The translations under genes were made by a program, and so were the position numbers. Of a DNA stretch of 64,000 nt, positions 18,291-41,071 are shown in pieces; the stretch's first letter is position 1; the number at the start of each line of letters is the position of its first letter. The notes below the pieces were generated by a model. That model was not told where the DNA came from. It searched no databases and saw nothing but the letters and a program-made list of their open reading frames with translations. The stretch is from the human T2T-CHM13v2.0 reference genome, Homo sapiens: assembly GCF_009914755.1 (NCBI RefSeq), contig NC_060928.1; one strand, given 5' to 3'.

Positions 18291-18994
18291 GTCTTGCTTT
18301 TAGGATTTGTTAGGTGGGACCAGAGCAGCATTTAGCTTAGGGTTAATTTATATCCACTACTGAGGCAAGACCTTTCTGAGTATTCTAACCAATGTCTCAT
18401 GAATTATGAGATTTTCCAGTGTGGCTAGGAGGAACCAGCGCTCTCCTTGCACTGTCTCTATACTGGGCATTGTTTTCTCTAATTTTCTCAGGAAGTTGTT
18501 TCCCTGGCCTTGGGTGGTTTCCTCCCATGCATGCATTCGTTACAAGACTTCTCCACAAATCATCACAGTTATTTCTCTATGCAGCCCTCTTCTCTGTTGT
18601 ACTGTGTCCAGTGAATTGGAGTTGCCTTGCTCTCTCAGACTCTTAGATCCATCTACTCAATTCAGGGAGTCCCTACACTTCACTTGAATTTCCCCTGCCT
18701 GTGCCATGACTGAAAACTCTCTCAAGGCAATAAGCTGAGGTAATTATAGGCTTACTTCATCTGTTTCCCACCTCTGTAATTGCTGTCCTTTGTTGTCTAA
18801 TATCCAGTGTCTTGAAAATTATTCTTTCATATATTTTCTTGACTTTTTTCTTTGTCATTTCAGGAGGAAAGGTAAATAAGATCTCTACTACTACATCTTG
18901 GCCAGAAGCAGAAATTTGAAAACAAATACAATGAGTATTTTTATGTTTACAGACTTTTCAGTTTGGGCCACAAAATAAGTCTAGTTTCCCCTGC

Positions 18995-19925
<931 letters not shown>

Positions 19926-19984
19926 AGAAAGAGTTTTCTAAAAGTGAAAGAAGTACATATTTGACATACATACCAAAGATGCAT

Positions 19985-22050
<2,066 letters not shown>

Positions 22051-22053
22051 ATG

Positions 22054-22380
<327 letters not shown>

Positions 22381-22418
22381 TCAAATAAACTTAAAAATTA
22401 AAAAAAATGCATTTTATT

Positions 22419-22719
22419 ATAGTAATCTCCCCTTACTGGCGGGAGATACATTTCAAGACCCCCAGGGGAATGACTGAAACTGTAGACAGTACCGAAACCT
22501 ATACGTTCTGTTTTTTTCTATACATATTAATGCATACTTATGATGAAGTTTAATTTATAAACTCGGCAAATAAAATAGAATAATTATAATAAAATACTGT
22601 AATAAAAGTTATGTGAATGTGGTCTTTCCCTTTCTTTCTTTGAAAATATCTTATTGTACTGTACCATGGGGAACTGAAACTGCAGAAAGCAAAACCTCAG
22701 ATAAAGGGAGACTCCTGTA
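22419..22719. mobile_element. Tigger-derived MITE (MER44-like)
   Basis: Inverted termini agtaatctcccctta... / ...gataaagggagactcctg, flanked by TA. Confidence 0.7.
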
Positions 22720-23234
22720 TTTGCTGTTGGGTCTACCACAAGGCTCAGTTGTATAAAGTCAGCCACATTTTCTTGTGCCAAAATCTACCATGTTTCCAAA
22801 CAATTCAGTAAGTGTTTGTTTCATTTTCCCCAATTAGCAAGAACAGTCAACATGTGTAAACTCATTATTTGGTAATATAATAAGCTTGTCTGGTATTATC
22901 TTCTAGGATAAATACTTGTAACTATAAATAGCACATTCAGTCTCCTAATTATCCATTTTTATAAAAATCTTATCCATAGATAATCTAAGATGAAGAAGTA
23001 GACAATAAAGTACCAAGAAAAAATAAAGCACCAGTAGAATGAGAAAGTGTAGCAGGACATGAACTTCTTGTTTTAATGTTTTCTTTCTCTTTCTTTGCAA
23101 TAAACACATTCCAGGAAAGGCATGTCTACTGCCACTCCTGAGAATGGAATGAAGGTATTTCCCTTACCTGTTTTAAAGACTGACCACTAGCCTATAAGGC
23201 TATTGCTCTAAGCACGAGTTTTAATGAGCCATCA

Positions 23235-23592
<358 letters not shown>

Positions 23593-23726
23593 CTATGTAC
23601 AAAAAAAAAAAAAAGCAGAAAGCACGTGAAGTGAGATGATAGGAACTGGTGATTGGGACATAAACCTAGGAAAAAATGTCACAGAAAGTAGGAGCCTGGT
23701 GCGCAAGAAGTGCAGAGTAGGTGGAC

Positions 23727-24232
23727 TATTACACATAAAGTTTTGGTGCCGCAAAAGAAATAGCACTCGAATATAAAATTTTCTTTTTAATTCTCAGCAA
23801 GGCAAGTTACTTCTATATAGAACGGTGCGCCCTTACAGATGGAACAATGGTGAGCGCCCAGGTGGACAAGGGAGGGGAAGGGGTTCTTATCCCTGACGAA
23901 CTTGGCTGCAGCCGCTGTGTCATTCTCCTGTTAGCTAGGGTTAGACCACACAGGCTAAACTAATTCCGATTGGCTAATTGAAAGAGAATGATGGGATGAG
24001 AGCTTTGGCGGGAGTCAGGGCAGAGCAGGTAGCAGGTAATCCTAATGAGTTAGAGTGGAGCAGGTGGTCAGAATGAGTTAGGGTGGAGCAGGTGATCAGA
24101 ATGAGTTAGGGTGGGGTAGGTAATGGAAAAAGGTTGCTTTATGAGGAAGTTAAGTTTAAAAGTAGAAGGCAAAGAATTGAACATACTGACATATTAATTC
24201 TTTGAAAATAAATTTAGAACTCCCATCTAACA
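23727..24232 (-). mobile_element. ERV1 solo LTR, LTR10-like (HERV-I group)
   Basis: Minus strand begins TGTTAGATGGGAGTTCTAAATTT...TCAGTATGTTCAATTCTTTGCCTTCTACTTTTAAAC; 4-bp TSD GGAC; internal 28-bp VNTR. Confidence 0.8.
24044..24125. repeat. 28-bp VNTR (3 units) inside the LTR10-like element
   Basis: Units start at 24044, 24072 and 24100, consensus aatgagttagggtggagcaggtgatcag. Confidence 0.9.
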
Positions 24233-24619
24233 GGACTAAGGATTACTGTGAGGCTTACTGCCCAACCAGCCCCAAGCCTTCACAGGGGGAGACTCCAGGC
24301 TCTTGCACGCATGGACTCTGCTGGCTGGCACAGACCCAGCTTATCAGCAGATCACCATCTGATTCCAGGAGTTTCACTCTGTCCCCAACCAGCCACTCCA
24401 CATTTACACCGTCTCTGCAGCGGCTTAAGTCTTGTTGAGGTCCAAGGAGGGCCTTGGATATCTGGAACAATGGTGAGGGTGCTGAAGTGAGCCAGTCATG
24501 TTCCCTCCTCCAGCTGGGATGTGTGGTGACTTCTTCCCTTACTGTAACACAGAAAGAAAAAGAAACAAGAAAGAACAAAAAAATGGTAAGTTATGCTCCT
24601 GAGCTTACTGAGACAACAA

Positions 24620-25161
24620 TTTACCTATTGTCTCTTGATCCCAAATAGATCCTTTTGTAGCTGCTCACTGATGCCAGGACTGGGACTTTGCAAATTACAT
24701 TTCCCGAGCTCCTTCGCCAGTTGGCAATCTGTTAAATTCTGCAAATCAGAGGCACAAGAGGGAGATTGGAAAGTTGAAGGGGAGGAGAAGTGACTTCTTT
24801 CTGACTTTTTGCTGTTTTTATGTTGGCCTAGCTTTTTCTCTCACCCCCAGAAGAAGCCTCATTACCCTCTCAGAGGTGCCAGGGAGCATGCACTTCTCAG
24901 ATGTCTTATCCCCAGTTCAGGAGGCCCTTCCTCCAAGGAGATGAGTGGTCATCTCAATATCTTCCCTTTTATTTCCCGAGACCTGAAGGTTGTTGTTTCT
25001 GCTGTTCTCTCTGGGTTACCCCAGGGCTCCATTTTTGTTCTTCCAGTCTTACAGCACTTGAGTAATCAATTCTGTCTCTGTAATCTCCCCTGTTCAAATA
25101 CCTAGCACTGTTTTTTGTTTGTTTGTTTGTTTTCCTTCCTGACTGGACTGTGGCTGATACA
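24620..25161 (+). mobile_element. Old ERVL-class LTR (LTR33-like)
   Basis: gcaaattacatttcccgagctcc...ctgcaaatcagaggcacaagagggagattgg...gactggactgtggctgataca. Confidence 0.55.
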
Positions 25162-25619
25162 ATACTACCCTTTGCTAGCTGTAACATGGAGCAACATTCC
25201 CTTCTTCTTTTATAAAGGGTAAAGACTGAACCAAAAGAGAAGAAAAAATGGGTAAGTTTTGCTCCTTGGTTAACTCAACCCAAATCATCTTTCTAGCTAA
25301 ATTTTTAAGTTCATCTCAGTTTGAACTTATGCACTTGTTTTTCAACATGCTTAACCACCACCTATAATGCCTCTTGTCTTAATGAATGGATTTCCATATA
25401 AAATAAACACTGAAGACTCTTTTTCTTAGAGTATGTAACACATTTTTGTGAAATAAAAATTATAAAAGTATAATTCCAATTGTATTTGTAAGAGCAGAAG
25501 TTCTATTAATATATTTCCAGACCACTCCCCAGATAAAAGAGAGAGACTACCAAATTTCCATCTTCGGTCATCTATCCAGAACCAAAAAGCTCTTCCAGTG
25601 GCAAGATATGTAACCCTTT

Positions 25620-26256
<637 letters not shown>

Positions 26257-26424
26257 TCTTTTAATTTTTAAGTAGTCTCCTTTCACCTGCAGAATTTGCA
26301 GAGCCTTTTGAGACACTATATCCCCTCCTCCTTCTCTGGCTAAGTTGTGTTTAAGTAGAGCAGCATAAGGCTGATGGATGGTATTTTTTCAAGATGAGTA
26401 TTTAAGAAAATTCCATAAATAATC

Positions 26425-26940
26425 TGTGTCAATTACTAGTTTATTGCTTCTTAGCTCCAAATCCACACTTCATTGCCTGCACCATAATAATGAAGCTAGA
26501 CTTTCTCCTTTGCCAGTTGCCATGATGTTAAGCTTTGTCAGTAGAGGGTGTTGGGGGGATGCTGGCTGGAGAAGAAAAGAGTTTCTCTCTCCCTGGTTGC
26601 AGTGTGCTCTTCTTGTCAGGCTCCTGCAGTACTCAGCCACACCCAGTTGCACCCAGTGATTATTAGCATATGGCACCTCCCTATGAACAGCTTTTCATGG
26701 GACCTCTTTGGTGACTTGACAGTGGAGTGCTGGCGACAAGTTATTTCTCCATGAACAGCTTCCCCCAGCACTTCATTAGGTGGATTTCCAGCAAGTTTCA
26801 TTAGTATGGCACCTCCGCAAACTTCTCTGCCATCCACTGAGCTAAGTCCTTGCTGTTTCTATGAGGTCTGGATGTCAGCCCGGAATGGGCTTCCTTATCT
26901 CGGTTCTGTGGGTAGTGGCTGCTCCCTAAATCTGCTATCC
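26425..26940 (+). mobile_element. Old ERVL-class LTR (LTR33/LTR41-like)
   Basis: Starts tgtgtcaattactagtttattgcttcttagctccaaatccacacttc. Confidence 0.5.
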
Positions 26941-26944
26941 GTGA

Positions 26945-27555
26945 TATGAACCCAAAAGTACCTGACAGATCTTAATCAATTTAGAAAGTTTATTTTGCCA
27001 AGGTTAAGGACACGCCCATGACACAGCCACAGCAGGTCCTGACAACATGTGCCCAAGGTAGTCAGGGTACAGATTGATTTTATACATTTTAGGGAGGCAT
27101 GAGGCATCAATCAATACATATAAGATGTACATTGGTTCGGTCTGGAAAGATGGGACAACTCAAAGCAAGGGGCTTCTAGGACACTGGTAGGTGAGAGACA
27201 AAGGGTTACATTCTTTTTGAGTCCTTGATCAGCTTTTTACTGAGTACACAATTTAGTCTGGCTCAGTGAATCCACATTTTTACATGAATATTAGGGCAGA
27301 GGAAGCCATCAGATATGCATTTCTCTCAGGTGAGCAGAGGGATGAGCTTCTGCTCACATCTGTGAAGATAAGCGATCAGGATGAACTTCAACAGAACTGT
27401 TTTAGGGTAAAGATCTTGAGGCCCACAAGGAATTTCCTTGTGGGCAAATTGTGAGGGAGGTATGTAGCTTTGTAGGTATTTTATTTAGAAATAAAATGGG
27501 AGGCAGGTTTGTCTGACCTAGTTCCCAGCTTGACTTTTCCCTTGGCTTAGTAATT
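26945..27555 (-). mobile_element. ERV1 LTR, MER4A-like
   Basis: aatttagaaagtttattttgccaaggttaaggacacgcccatgacacagcc...ttcccagcttgacttttcccttggcttagt, typical of the MER4 group. Confidence 0.75.
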
Positions 27556-28116
27556 TCCTAGCCTTGTGGAAAAAGTCAGTCTAAGAAAATGAAGTTGACA
27601 TATAGAGAAAAGCAACAGTAGGAGGAAAATGAAAAAAAAAATGTTGGCGTTAGAGCGCCTGGTTTTAGTATTATCACAGGCACAAATGTGCCCTGGCCCT
27701 TACCACGGTTTAGTTACTTGTACCAACTAATTTATTTTTCCCCCTAAGCTACTTTGTGTTAGGTTTCTATCACTTATAATTGAGTATCCTAAAATGTTAA
27801 CTTTCCTGAGGACCCTTGACCGCATTCTCACTTCCACTCTTTATTCCTTCAGCATATTTTATATGTACTAACCATTTGCTACTTTACACTGTGCTTCTTC
27901 CCTAACCGCCCATATGGCACAATTTTACATTTTTAGCTAACGGTATCTAAGGCCATATTTTGCATATATACATTTTGTTATTGCCAATTAGATGGCAATT
28001 GGCACATCTGTTACAGTGCCATGCATGTTGTTTGCTATTTAGTTGATGAATGGAAATTCCATAGCGTTACAAATGTGGTTATTTCCCTTTAGGGGTCTTA
28101 TTTAAATATGTACTAC

Positions 28117-28463
28117 AGGACAGCCCTCCCTCAGTATCCATGGGGTGGGGTGGGGGAGTGTGAAAGGGGGAATTGGTTCCAAGATCGCTGCAGATACCAA
28201 AATCCATGCTGTTCAAGTCCCTTGTATGAAATGGTGTCATATTTGCGTACAACCTATGCGTATCCTCTGGTATACTTGGTCATCTCTAGATTACTTATAA
28301 TACCTAATACAATGTAAATGCCATGTAAATATTTGTTGTGTTTTTTTATTTGTATTTTTTTATCGGTGTATTGCTATTTAAAATGGTTTTTTGCACATAT
28401 TTTCAACCCACGGTTGGTTGAATCTGCAGATGCAGAACCTGCGGATATACAGGGGGCCAACTG
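28117..28463. mobile_element. Tigger-derived MITE (MER2-like)
   Basis: Termini cagccctccctcagtatccatggg... / ...gcggatatacagggggccaactg|ta. Confidence 0.75.
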
Positions 28464-28879
28464 TATATGGTGCCTAAGGAATATTCAGATAGCATACTGT
28501 AATAGCAATAGCCTCTATTTGTTAACACTCCATTTTATTTAAGGAACTATGTTTTTCATATATTATCTTGTTTAATTGTCACTCTAGGAAGTTTTATTAT
28601 TTGTTTTAAATATGAAAATACTAAAATTACAATAACTTGACAAAACTTGAACCAAGGCTTCACTGACTCCTAAGTTCATCTACTATGCTATACTGCTTCA
28701 CCCATAGTGTAGATACATTATATTTTGAAAGGAAAACCCCTGAAGGTGTATTGTATATAGTTCAACCTTTGCCTATAAAAGTTGGTTTAGGAAGAATAAT
28801 TAGGTAGAGCCCAGGGTACAAAAATATTATTACTAAACATTGAACACTGTTCGACTTTTTAAAAAAGTACTGAATCTAC

Positions 28880-29022
28880 CCAAGACAAGGATCCTCTTCA
28901 TCTGCCTGTTTGATGGTGTGCACACAACGAAATGAGGGCAGTATTAGCAATGTGATTCTATTGGTCTTATTTGCCTTTGATGCTGTTCTATATTGCAGTG
29001 AAGAGAAGCTCCAGTCATAGTC
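28880..29022 (-). pseudogene. Candidate fossil exon closing the RGS-like domain
   Basis: Acceptor ttttatttcag|; open phase-0 frame DYDWSFSSLQYRTASKANKTNRITLLILPSFRCVHTIKQADEEDPCL; the donor (GG|GTAGAT) is weak. Confidence 0.35.
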
Positions 29023-29208
29023 CTGAAATAAAACCAGTGACTATTTAAAGCTAGTTTTATTTTTCTGAGAAAAATATAAAATAAAACATATATACAAGTA
29101 GCCTTGTCTTAATATCCTCTGACCAAATTGCCTTCTCTTATTCTTTTTTAAAAATTTGTTTGATACATTTCAATATTTTTTTATCAAATTAAGCTTACTG
29201 TACATTAA

Positions 29209-29535
<327 letters not shown>

Positions 29536-30125
29536 CAGAGCAGCATTTTTTCAATAATTATCAGGCCTTTGGAGGTGAGGTTATTAAATTTTAGGTCATA
29601 AGTCAAAATTTTCATGTTTGGCTAGTTGAACCAATTAATTTCTTTTTTTCCTAAGCTACTTTGAGCAATTGTTCTAAAAATTTATTTGCTGGAGTTTTTG
29701 TGGCTCTTTTTTTTTTTTTTAAAGACTATTATTCATGTAAATAAAGTAATCTCAATTCATTTGCTGTAGTTCACATTTCAACTCTATATCAGTTCCTGGA
29801 GAGAACCTTGAAAAGATCAGTTGTGCTGTATCGATTACTTGCAGTCAGAAAATATTTCAGTAGCTGTATTTATGATGTTAAAAAAGATAGATAAAAAGCA
29901 AAAAACATTTGTTACATCAGTCAAGTTTTTGTTCTTATGTGTGGCAAATAACTGATTTGAGTTATTATCGTACAATAGGCTAGTTTTGCTTTTATTTTTC
30001 TCTTTTAACTGAAATTACAAGTTATCCACAATTCAAAGACTAATTTTGTACCAATAAGGAAACAACAATGCTTTTTGCTGCTTCACTCTGAAAAGCATTA
30101 TAAAACTGGACCAACTAAATCATAC

Positions 30126-30335
30126 CTCACTTAATGCTGAATTTGAGTTTAAAATCAACACTGTGAAAGAAGGGGATTGTAGTGAGAGCCTAGCCCCACA
30201 GAAACTTTTGTTTTTAAATACCTTCCAATGGCTTGGCCTATGTGCAAAAGACAGTTCATCCGGAGATGGGCACACATTTACAAATGGGCTGTTCAATGTT
30301 GCAAACAAATAGGTTAACAGTCAATTGAATCATTT
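30126..30335 (-). pseudogene. Candidate fossil exon (210 bp, phase 0-0), middle of an RGS-like domain
   Basis: Acceptor tatttgcag|, donor GAG|GTATGA; reads K*FN*LLTYLFATLNSPFVNV...SPSFTVLILNSNSALSE (compare RGS IY..FI...SP.EVNI). Confidence 0.45.
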
Positions 30336-30680
30336 CTGCAAATAGGCAGATTTTTACATGTGGACTGCAAGTGGCAGGAGCATATATGTACATGCCTCTG
30401 ATGTTTTCAAAGCAGGACATCTTAAAGGGACTTTTTTTTTTTGTAACTGCAGCTAATAACACTAAGGATTATACATGTGTTTACTTCTTCCCTGTGAGAT
30501 TTTCCAAATGCTCAGTTGATTTTTTTTCTAATTACTATTTAAATGAAAAAAAAAATTTGACAAGTAGACACATTTTTGTACTTGGATAATACTGTTCACT
30601 CCAATTTAAGTCTTAGCAGCAAAAATAAATTCAAATGCATTTAGGTCAATAAGGGCCATACCAGAATATAGCACATTTAC

Positions 30681-30888
30681 CTGCTTAAAGGAGAGGCTAA
30701 GAATTAAGGACAAACCCGTAATCATACCACTCCTACCCTGGACTTGCTCCATGTTCAGCCAGTAAAGAAAACAAATTAGTCTGTTTCTCAAAAGCCAGGG
30801 AGCAAAACTGAAGAGAGCCTCAGAAAGCAGAAAAATATATTCCAAATACGCACTAGGAAAATGCCTAAATCGAGCAATCCTCAAGTAC
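30681..30888 (-). pseudogene. Candidate fossil exon encoding the N-terminal half of an RGS-like domain
   Basis: Open frame ...SAYLEYIFLLSEALFSFAPWLLRNRLICFLYWLNMEQVQ...FKQ resembles RGS L..IL......F..FL........L.FWL..E.F; acceptor cttcag|, donor CAG|GTAAAT, phase 0. Confidence 0.45.
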
Positions 30889-31195
30889 CTGAAGCAGTGT
30901 GTGTACCATTGGTTTCCAACACAGATTTTTCTTATCTCTTCTCTATTTAAAACATGGAGTGGGCAGAATGTTTTAATCCAGAGTTTTTACTTTCGTAACC
31001 TAGGAACGATAATTTGAGGCTTCTAAGTAGGTAAGTGTTGCCATGGATACAAAAAGAAATCTCTCCGAGATCTCCTCCCGCATGGAGCTTATTACTAAAA
31101 AAAGGATGTGAAGCTCAAAGTATATCTAGACAGACTCGTGGACTGTTAAGCTAGCTGAACCCTTGGTCTGTTAGTAGTTTTGAAAAATAATTTTA

Positions 31196-32130
<935 letters not shown>

Positions 32131-33841
32131 ATACACAGATGAACCCACAAAACTTTCATTAATTCTAGCCATACTTAGGAATGCTTTATAATCTCCATCT
32201 TTCATCTTGTATAAAAAGCCTTTCCAACGTGGAAAAAGTATGTTTGGAAAATGTATAAAATAGTAGTAGCTAACTGAACATACGTTGTGTGCCAAGTAGT
32301 ATACTCAGATCTTTACAAATGGTTTCTCAATTAATCTCTACAATTCCATGAGACAGGTACAATTATCTCATGTTATGAAGGAAGGCATTGATGTAACACA
32401 ACTAGGAACAACACTAGAGACACCCACGTATTATTGACTCAAAAACTTGTGTTTAATCACTGCCATACTGCTGTTCTTTTCTTCTTTCAATGAATTCTTC
32501 TTTCTTCTTTCCTGAATTCTTCAATGAACTTTGGCTGAACATCAGCACAATAAAATTGAATACATGGGAGGGGAAATGTATAGGTATTATTTGGTGACTA
32601 GTTACCTCATTTGATCAGTAAAAAATGTTTCAGAATAAAGAGGCCAAATATATTGGCTGCATTCTTGCATTCCAATGTGGTATAATTTTGAAACTATCTG
32701 GTTAAAATCACAAGGCATTAAAATATAATTTGTGACAAAATAAGAACTTCAACAAGAATAGAATTAACCATTTAAAAAAATTCCTGTCTTTGGTGGCTTA
32801 GTATCTAGAGTCAGATGTGAAAATATCACTTAGCTTTGGGCCATGTGAAAATTTGAAAATTCTTAGGTTCGTTGGACTTGAGCCTTGTGTAGTTGAAGTT
32901 TCACTTAGCATCGGCAGTACTCAACTTTAGTTTTCTAAGAATAAAGATATTTGAAATGCATTTTGGCCTTTAAATATTTTGTAGCAAACAATTCTTGTTA
33001 AATATAAACAAATCAGTAATATCTGGATTACTTGCAACTTCACATGCAATTTTAAGGGAAAAAATAAAATGCCTAGAAGAATATATTTAAGGCTTGGCCA
33101 TATATGAAATTTGAAAAATGGACTTCTTTGGGTAGGCTTGTGGAGTTTTATTTATCAAAAAACTATCCATACTCATTGTGTAAATAAAGAGATTAAACTT
33201 AGAAGGTCATTTCTTTGCTGCATTACAAGAAAAATACTCAACAATATTCATGTAAATAATAACACCATCTTATATTAAAGTACTTTTTCACTTATATAAG
33301 GAAAAAGCTTTGTTTTTACATTTTATAAAATTAATAACTGACTTTTTAAAGAGATAATTGTGACAAAATTTCAAGTACAATTTCAATATCTTTTAATTTA
33401 AAAAACTCCTACCTACTTTCAGAACAGTTTGAAGTAGTTTATAATGAAATATATATATACATATAGTTTCATTCAAGGTCCAGGAAGGAAAGCATAAACC
33501 ACTCAAGATGTTTCACCAGAGGGAGCTTTGATACGGAGAATTAATGGTCAGAAACAAAAGCTGAAAATTTAAGCATAGGACATTGAGGCAACCAAGAGAC
33601 TGGCCCCACAATAAGCTACCACCACCCCTAGCAGAGTTACAAGTAATTTACCTTCTTGTTTCCTCCTGTACTTCAATTTTCCACCAGTGTTTTCCATTGG
33701 CTGAACCTGTCTGGAAGCCAGAGGAAGAAGGAACCTGGAAAATGTACTTTCCTGTGAGATAGCGTGGGGGGAGCACAGAAAAGGCAGAAAATTTATTTGA
33801 GAGTCTAACCATTTTGCCATTCAGGATCTATTCTTATTCTT

Positions 33842-34198
33842 TGTATTAGTCTGTTGTCATGCTGCTAATAAAGATTTACCTGAGACTGGGTAATTTATAA
33901 AGGAAAGAAATTTAATGGGCTCACACATTCACATGGCTGGGGAGGCCTCACAATCATGGCAGAGGCAAAGGGGAAGCAGAGGTACATCTTACATGGTGGC
34001 AGGCAAGAGAGCTTGTGCAGGGGATCTCCCCTTTATAAAACCATCATATCTCATGAGACTTATTCACTATCATGAAAACAGTGGAGGAAAACCCGCCCCT
34101 ATGATTCAATTACCTCTCACCAGGTTCCTCCCAGGACATATGGGGATTATTACAATCCAAGGTGAGATTTGGGTGGGGACACAGAGCCAAACCATAAC
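33842..34198 (-). mobile_element. THE1/MST-family MaLR solo LTR
   Basis: tgtattagtctgttgtcatgctgctaataaag...gagatttgggtggggacacagagccaaaccataaca. Confidence 0.88.
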
Positions 34199-34199
34199 A

Positions 34200-37740
<3,541 letters not shown>

Positions 37741-38974
37741 GTCACACAGGATGGCTCTTCCTCTCCCTAGTAAACATGGGATACCCTGTCATTGAAGGAG
37801 GTATGCCAGCAAAGTCCCAGGTTCTGTTCAACCTTTACTGTATCCCTGGACTAAAGCAATGTATGCTGGTCTTGTTTTACATTCCAGACTGGATAATGTG
37901 TGCCTCACAGGCTGTTCTCACAAATGGCCTCTTCTGTCTGTTTTGAGTACATATTATCTGTGCTCTGGGGTACAGAGTACTCTAGGGTTCACCCTTGGTC
38001 ATTCCTAATTATCTATAGTGCAACCTACAAAGTCAGTGACCAGCCTCACTGGCCCTGTGGTTGAAACAGAGTGCCGACAGAGTGAAGTCCCCAGGCAAAC
38101 CCGGGGATCAGAGTTGCAGGAGGAGGCACTAAGAGATAAGGGTCAACTTGTACAAGATTGATCCCCTTGCAGGATGCTGTTTAGAAAATGAGTTGGCTTC
38201 CTGAAAAGTTTTATGGAAATTGATTATTGCTCAGTGCATAAGACAATGGCCAATGGTAAGTATTGGACCTAAGCTCCCCCATCCTAATGATGTCAGGGAA
38301 TGGATTGGTGCTCCCCTAACTGTGAATGTTAAGGTATTGAGTTAGGCAACCAACTCACCATATCACATAGCTTCCAGGCTTGGACTCCAGCCTCTACTCA
38401 TTTCATACCAGAAGATGAGAGGATAGTGCTGAACTGGAAGAACAGAGCTAGATCTGTGTTTCTGCTCTGTCATATTGCTGTTGTGTTGCAGGCTCTGATG
38501 ATACCTCATGGGGGATGGGGGTTTGGAGTAGGGGGCTATTGCTTCCTTAATAATGAGCAGCAAAAAGGCCTCATAGCCCAAGGGTTGGGGTCCTTCCCCC
38601 ACAGACTGACACAGCCAGAAGTCTCTGTGCTGCCCCAGAATGTATGGAAAATGGGACAATCTACATTCCTAAGATTTCTGTTTCTGTGAATCTTCTCCTA
38701 TGAATGCAACTATATGTGTGCTGTGTGGTCATTTTTCCTTGTTTGCTCAACACTCATAGGGCTTCTTGTCTGATTTGTGTATTGCTTGGTTAGAGTTATT
38801 TTTCAAGCATTGTTCTCAGATCAAATACAAGGGTAATATATTATCTGTGTTCCTGCATATAACTTTATTTCCTGGTTAGCCAATTGTTTTGTTTTGTTTT
38901 TGTTCTTTGTCTATGTAAAGTAGCATGTCAGCCCTTTCCTCACAGTAATGGGTAGATGTTATTGTACTAATTTC

Positions 38975-39286
<312 letters not shown>

Positions 39287-40660
39287 CTCTACTAATTTCT
39301 AGCTTCTAACATTGTAGATTTGAAGTCAAATGACAGATTGTCTTTCTTCCTTTATGAGTAAATTTTTTTTCTGCCTCGAAGTTTTTATGAGTTTTTCATC
39401 ATTCTTGAAGTTTTAAGTTTACAAGAGCGTGCCCAGCAATGTGTGTTTTCTTGTTAAAACCATCTGGAATTCAGTGAGCCCTTACAGTCTGCAGATGCGT
39501 ATGTTTCTTCAGCTCAAGGTAATTTTCTTCTTCTATGTTTAATTATTTTCTTTTTTCCATTATTTCATTTTATTCCCCTGTGGATTGCCTATTACTCACA
39601 TGTTGGATCTTCTCGATCTATCCTTCAAATCCTTTATCATTTCCCTAATGATTTTCATCTCTTTGTAATTTTGTTCTTTGCTTCAAGATCTCTTTCACTT
39701 GAACTTCAGGCCAGTAACCTGAATTTCAACTTTAAACATCTCTTTTAATTGAGACGCTGAGTTCCTAGTTCATTCATGCTATTCATGAAACTCTTTTAAG
39801 AGTTCTTATTATACTTTTAACTCTCTTCCAGTCACTCTCTTTTAATAAGGGATTCTTCTGAGTATTCATCTTCTCCTTGGCTGCTAGACCTAATATATTG
39901 TCCTTCCTCCCAGTGGTCTATTGACCTTTGAGAACCATGGTTTACACAGGAACTGTGGATCAGATTCTAGCATTGGTGTTCTCTAGTGTAGGTTCTTAGG
40001 CTCTCATCTGGCTGAGAAATAAGAATTTCCTACAGCAGCTCCCTCCCTCAGGGAGTTGTGTTCATTATTGAGCCCAGTGCTTCACCCCTCCCCATATCCA
40101 TGCCCTTTTAACTTTGTAATACCCTCCCATTCTGGATGAGATGATCTGCCTTGGGATTTTGTTCTGGTCTCAGCCATGTGATTTGATATGACCAATGGGA
40201 TGTTTTTCAACCAGGGGCTTGAAAAAGTGCTTGCACATTTCCACTCACTGTCTGGTTCCTCTGCCTTCACGATGGGAACATCCTAGGCTAACCTGTGGAA
40301 GGATAACATTTGGACCTACCAGAAGTGTGTCATTCAGTTGTCCCTCCAAATGACTTTCTATCTCATTTCAAGGTGTTCATAAAGTCTGAAAACATAGGCT
40401 CATATATATAACACTATCCAGGACATCTTCAATCTGTAAAAAATAAAATAACATAATTATTTACATTTCCAGGCTTCATGGACAGTCTTGTAGAACAAAA
40501 GCCAAAATCCTAATGATGATCTACGAGAGGCTCTACATGATTTCCTGCTCTCCCCACCTCTCTGACCCCCTGTTCTTTCCCTTGTGCATTCTGCCCCAGG
40601 CACACTAGGCTCCTTTTTGTGTGCCTGAAATGCCTTCGCCCTTTACCCAAATATCCCCAG

Positions 40661-41071
40661 TGAAGTGGTTTGAATATTGGTCTTCCCAAATCTCATGTTG
40701 AAATGTAATCCCCAGTATTGGAGATGGGGCCAGGTTGGAGGTGTTTGGGTTACTGGGGTGATTCCCTCATGAATGGCTTAACACCATCTCCTTGGTGATG
40801 AGTGAGTTCTCACTCTGAGTTCATGTGAGGTCTGGTTGTTTGAAAGAGTGTGGTACTTCCCCCCATGACTCTCTTGTTCTCTTCATGTGACATGCCTTAC
40901 TCCTGGTCACCTTCTGCCACAATTATAAGCTTCCTGAGGCCTCACTAGAAGCAGATGCCAGCACCATGCTTCCGGTAAAGCCTGCAGAACTGTGACCAGT
41001 TATACCTCTTTTCGTTATAAAGCACCCAGCATCAGGTATTTCTTTATAGCAATGCAAGAATGGGCTAACAC
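40661..41071 (+). mobile_element. MST-family MaLR solo LTR inserted in an L2 fragment
   Basis: tggtttgaatattggtcttcccaaatctcatgttgaaatgtaatcccc...ttctttatagcaatgcaagaatgggctaacaca. Confidence 0.85.

Noticed and set aside
24044-24125. Regularly spaced repeats as a CRISPR-like array
   Set aside because: Head-to-tail VNTR units with no unique spacers, inside an LTR in eukaryotic DNA, and no cas genes.
30126-30160. 35-bp micro-exon (cccttctttcacag|...GAG|GTATGA) with a 61-bp upstream intron
   Set aside because: The intron is implausibly short and the phase is incompatible; reading through as one 210-bp exon keeps the frame.
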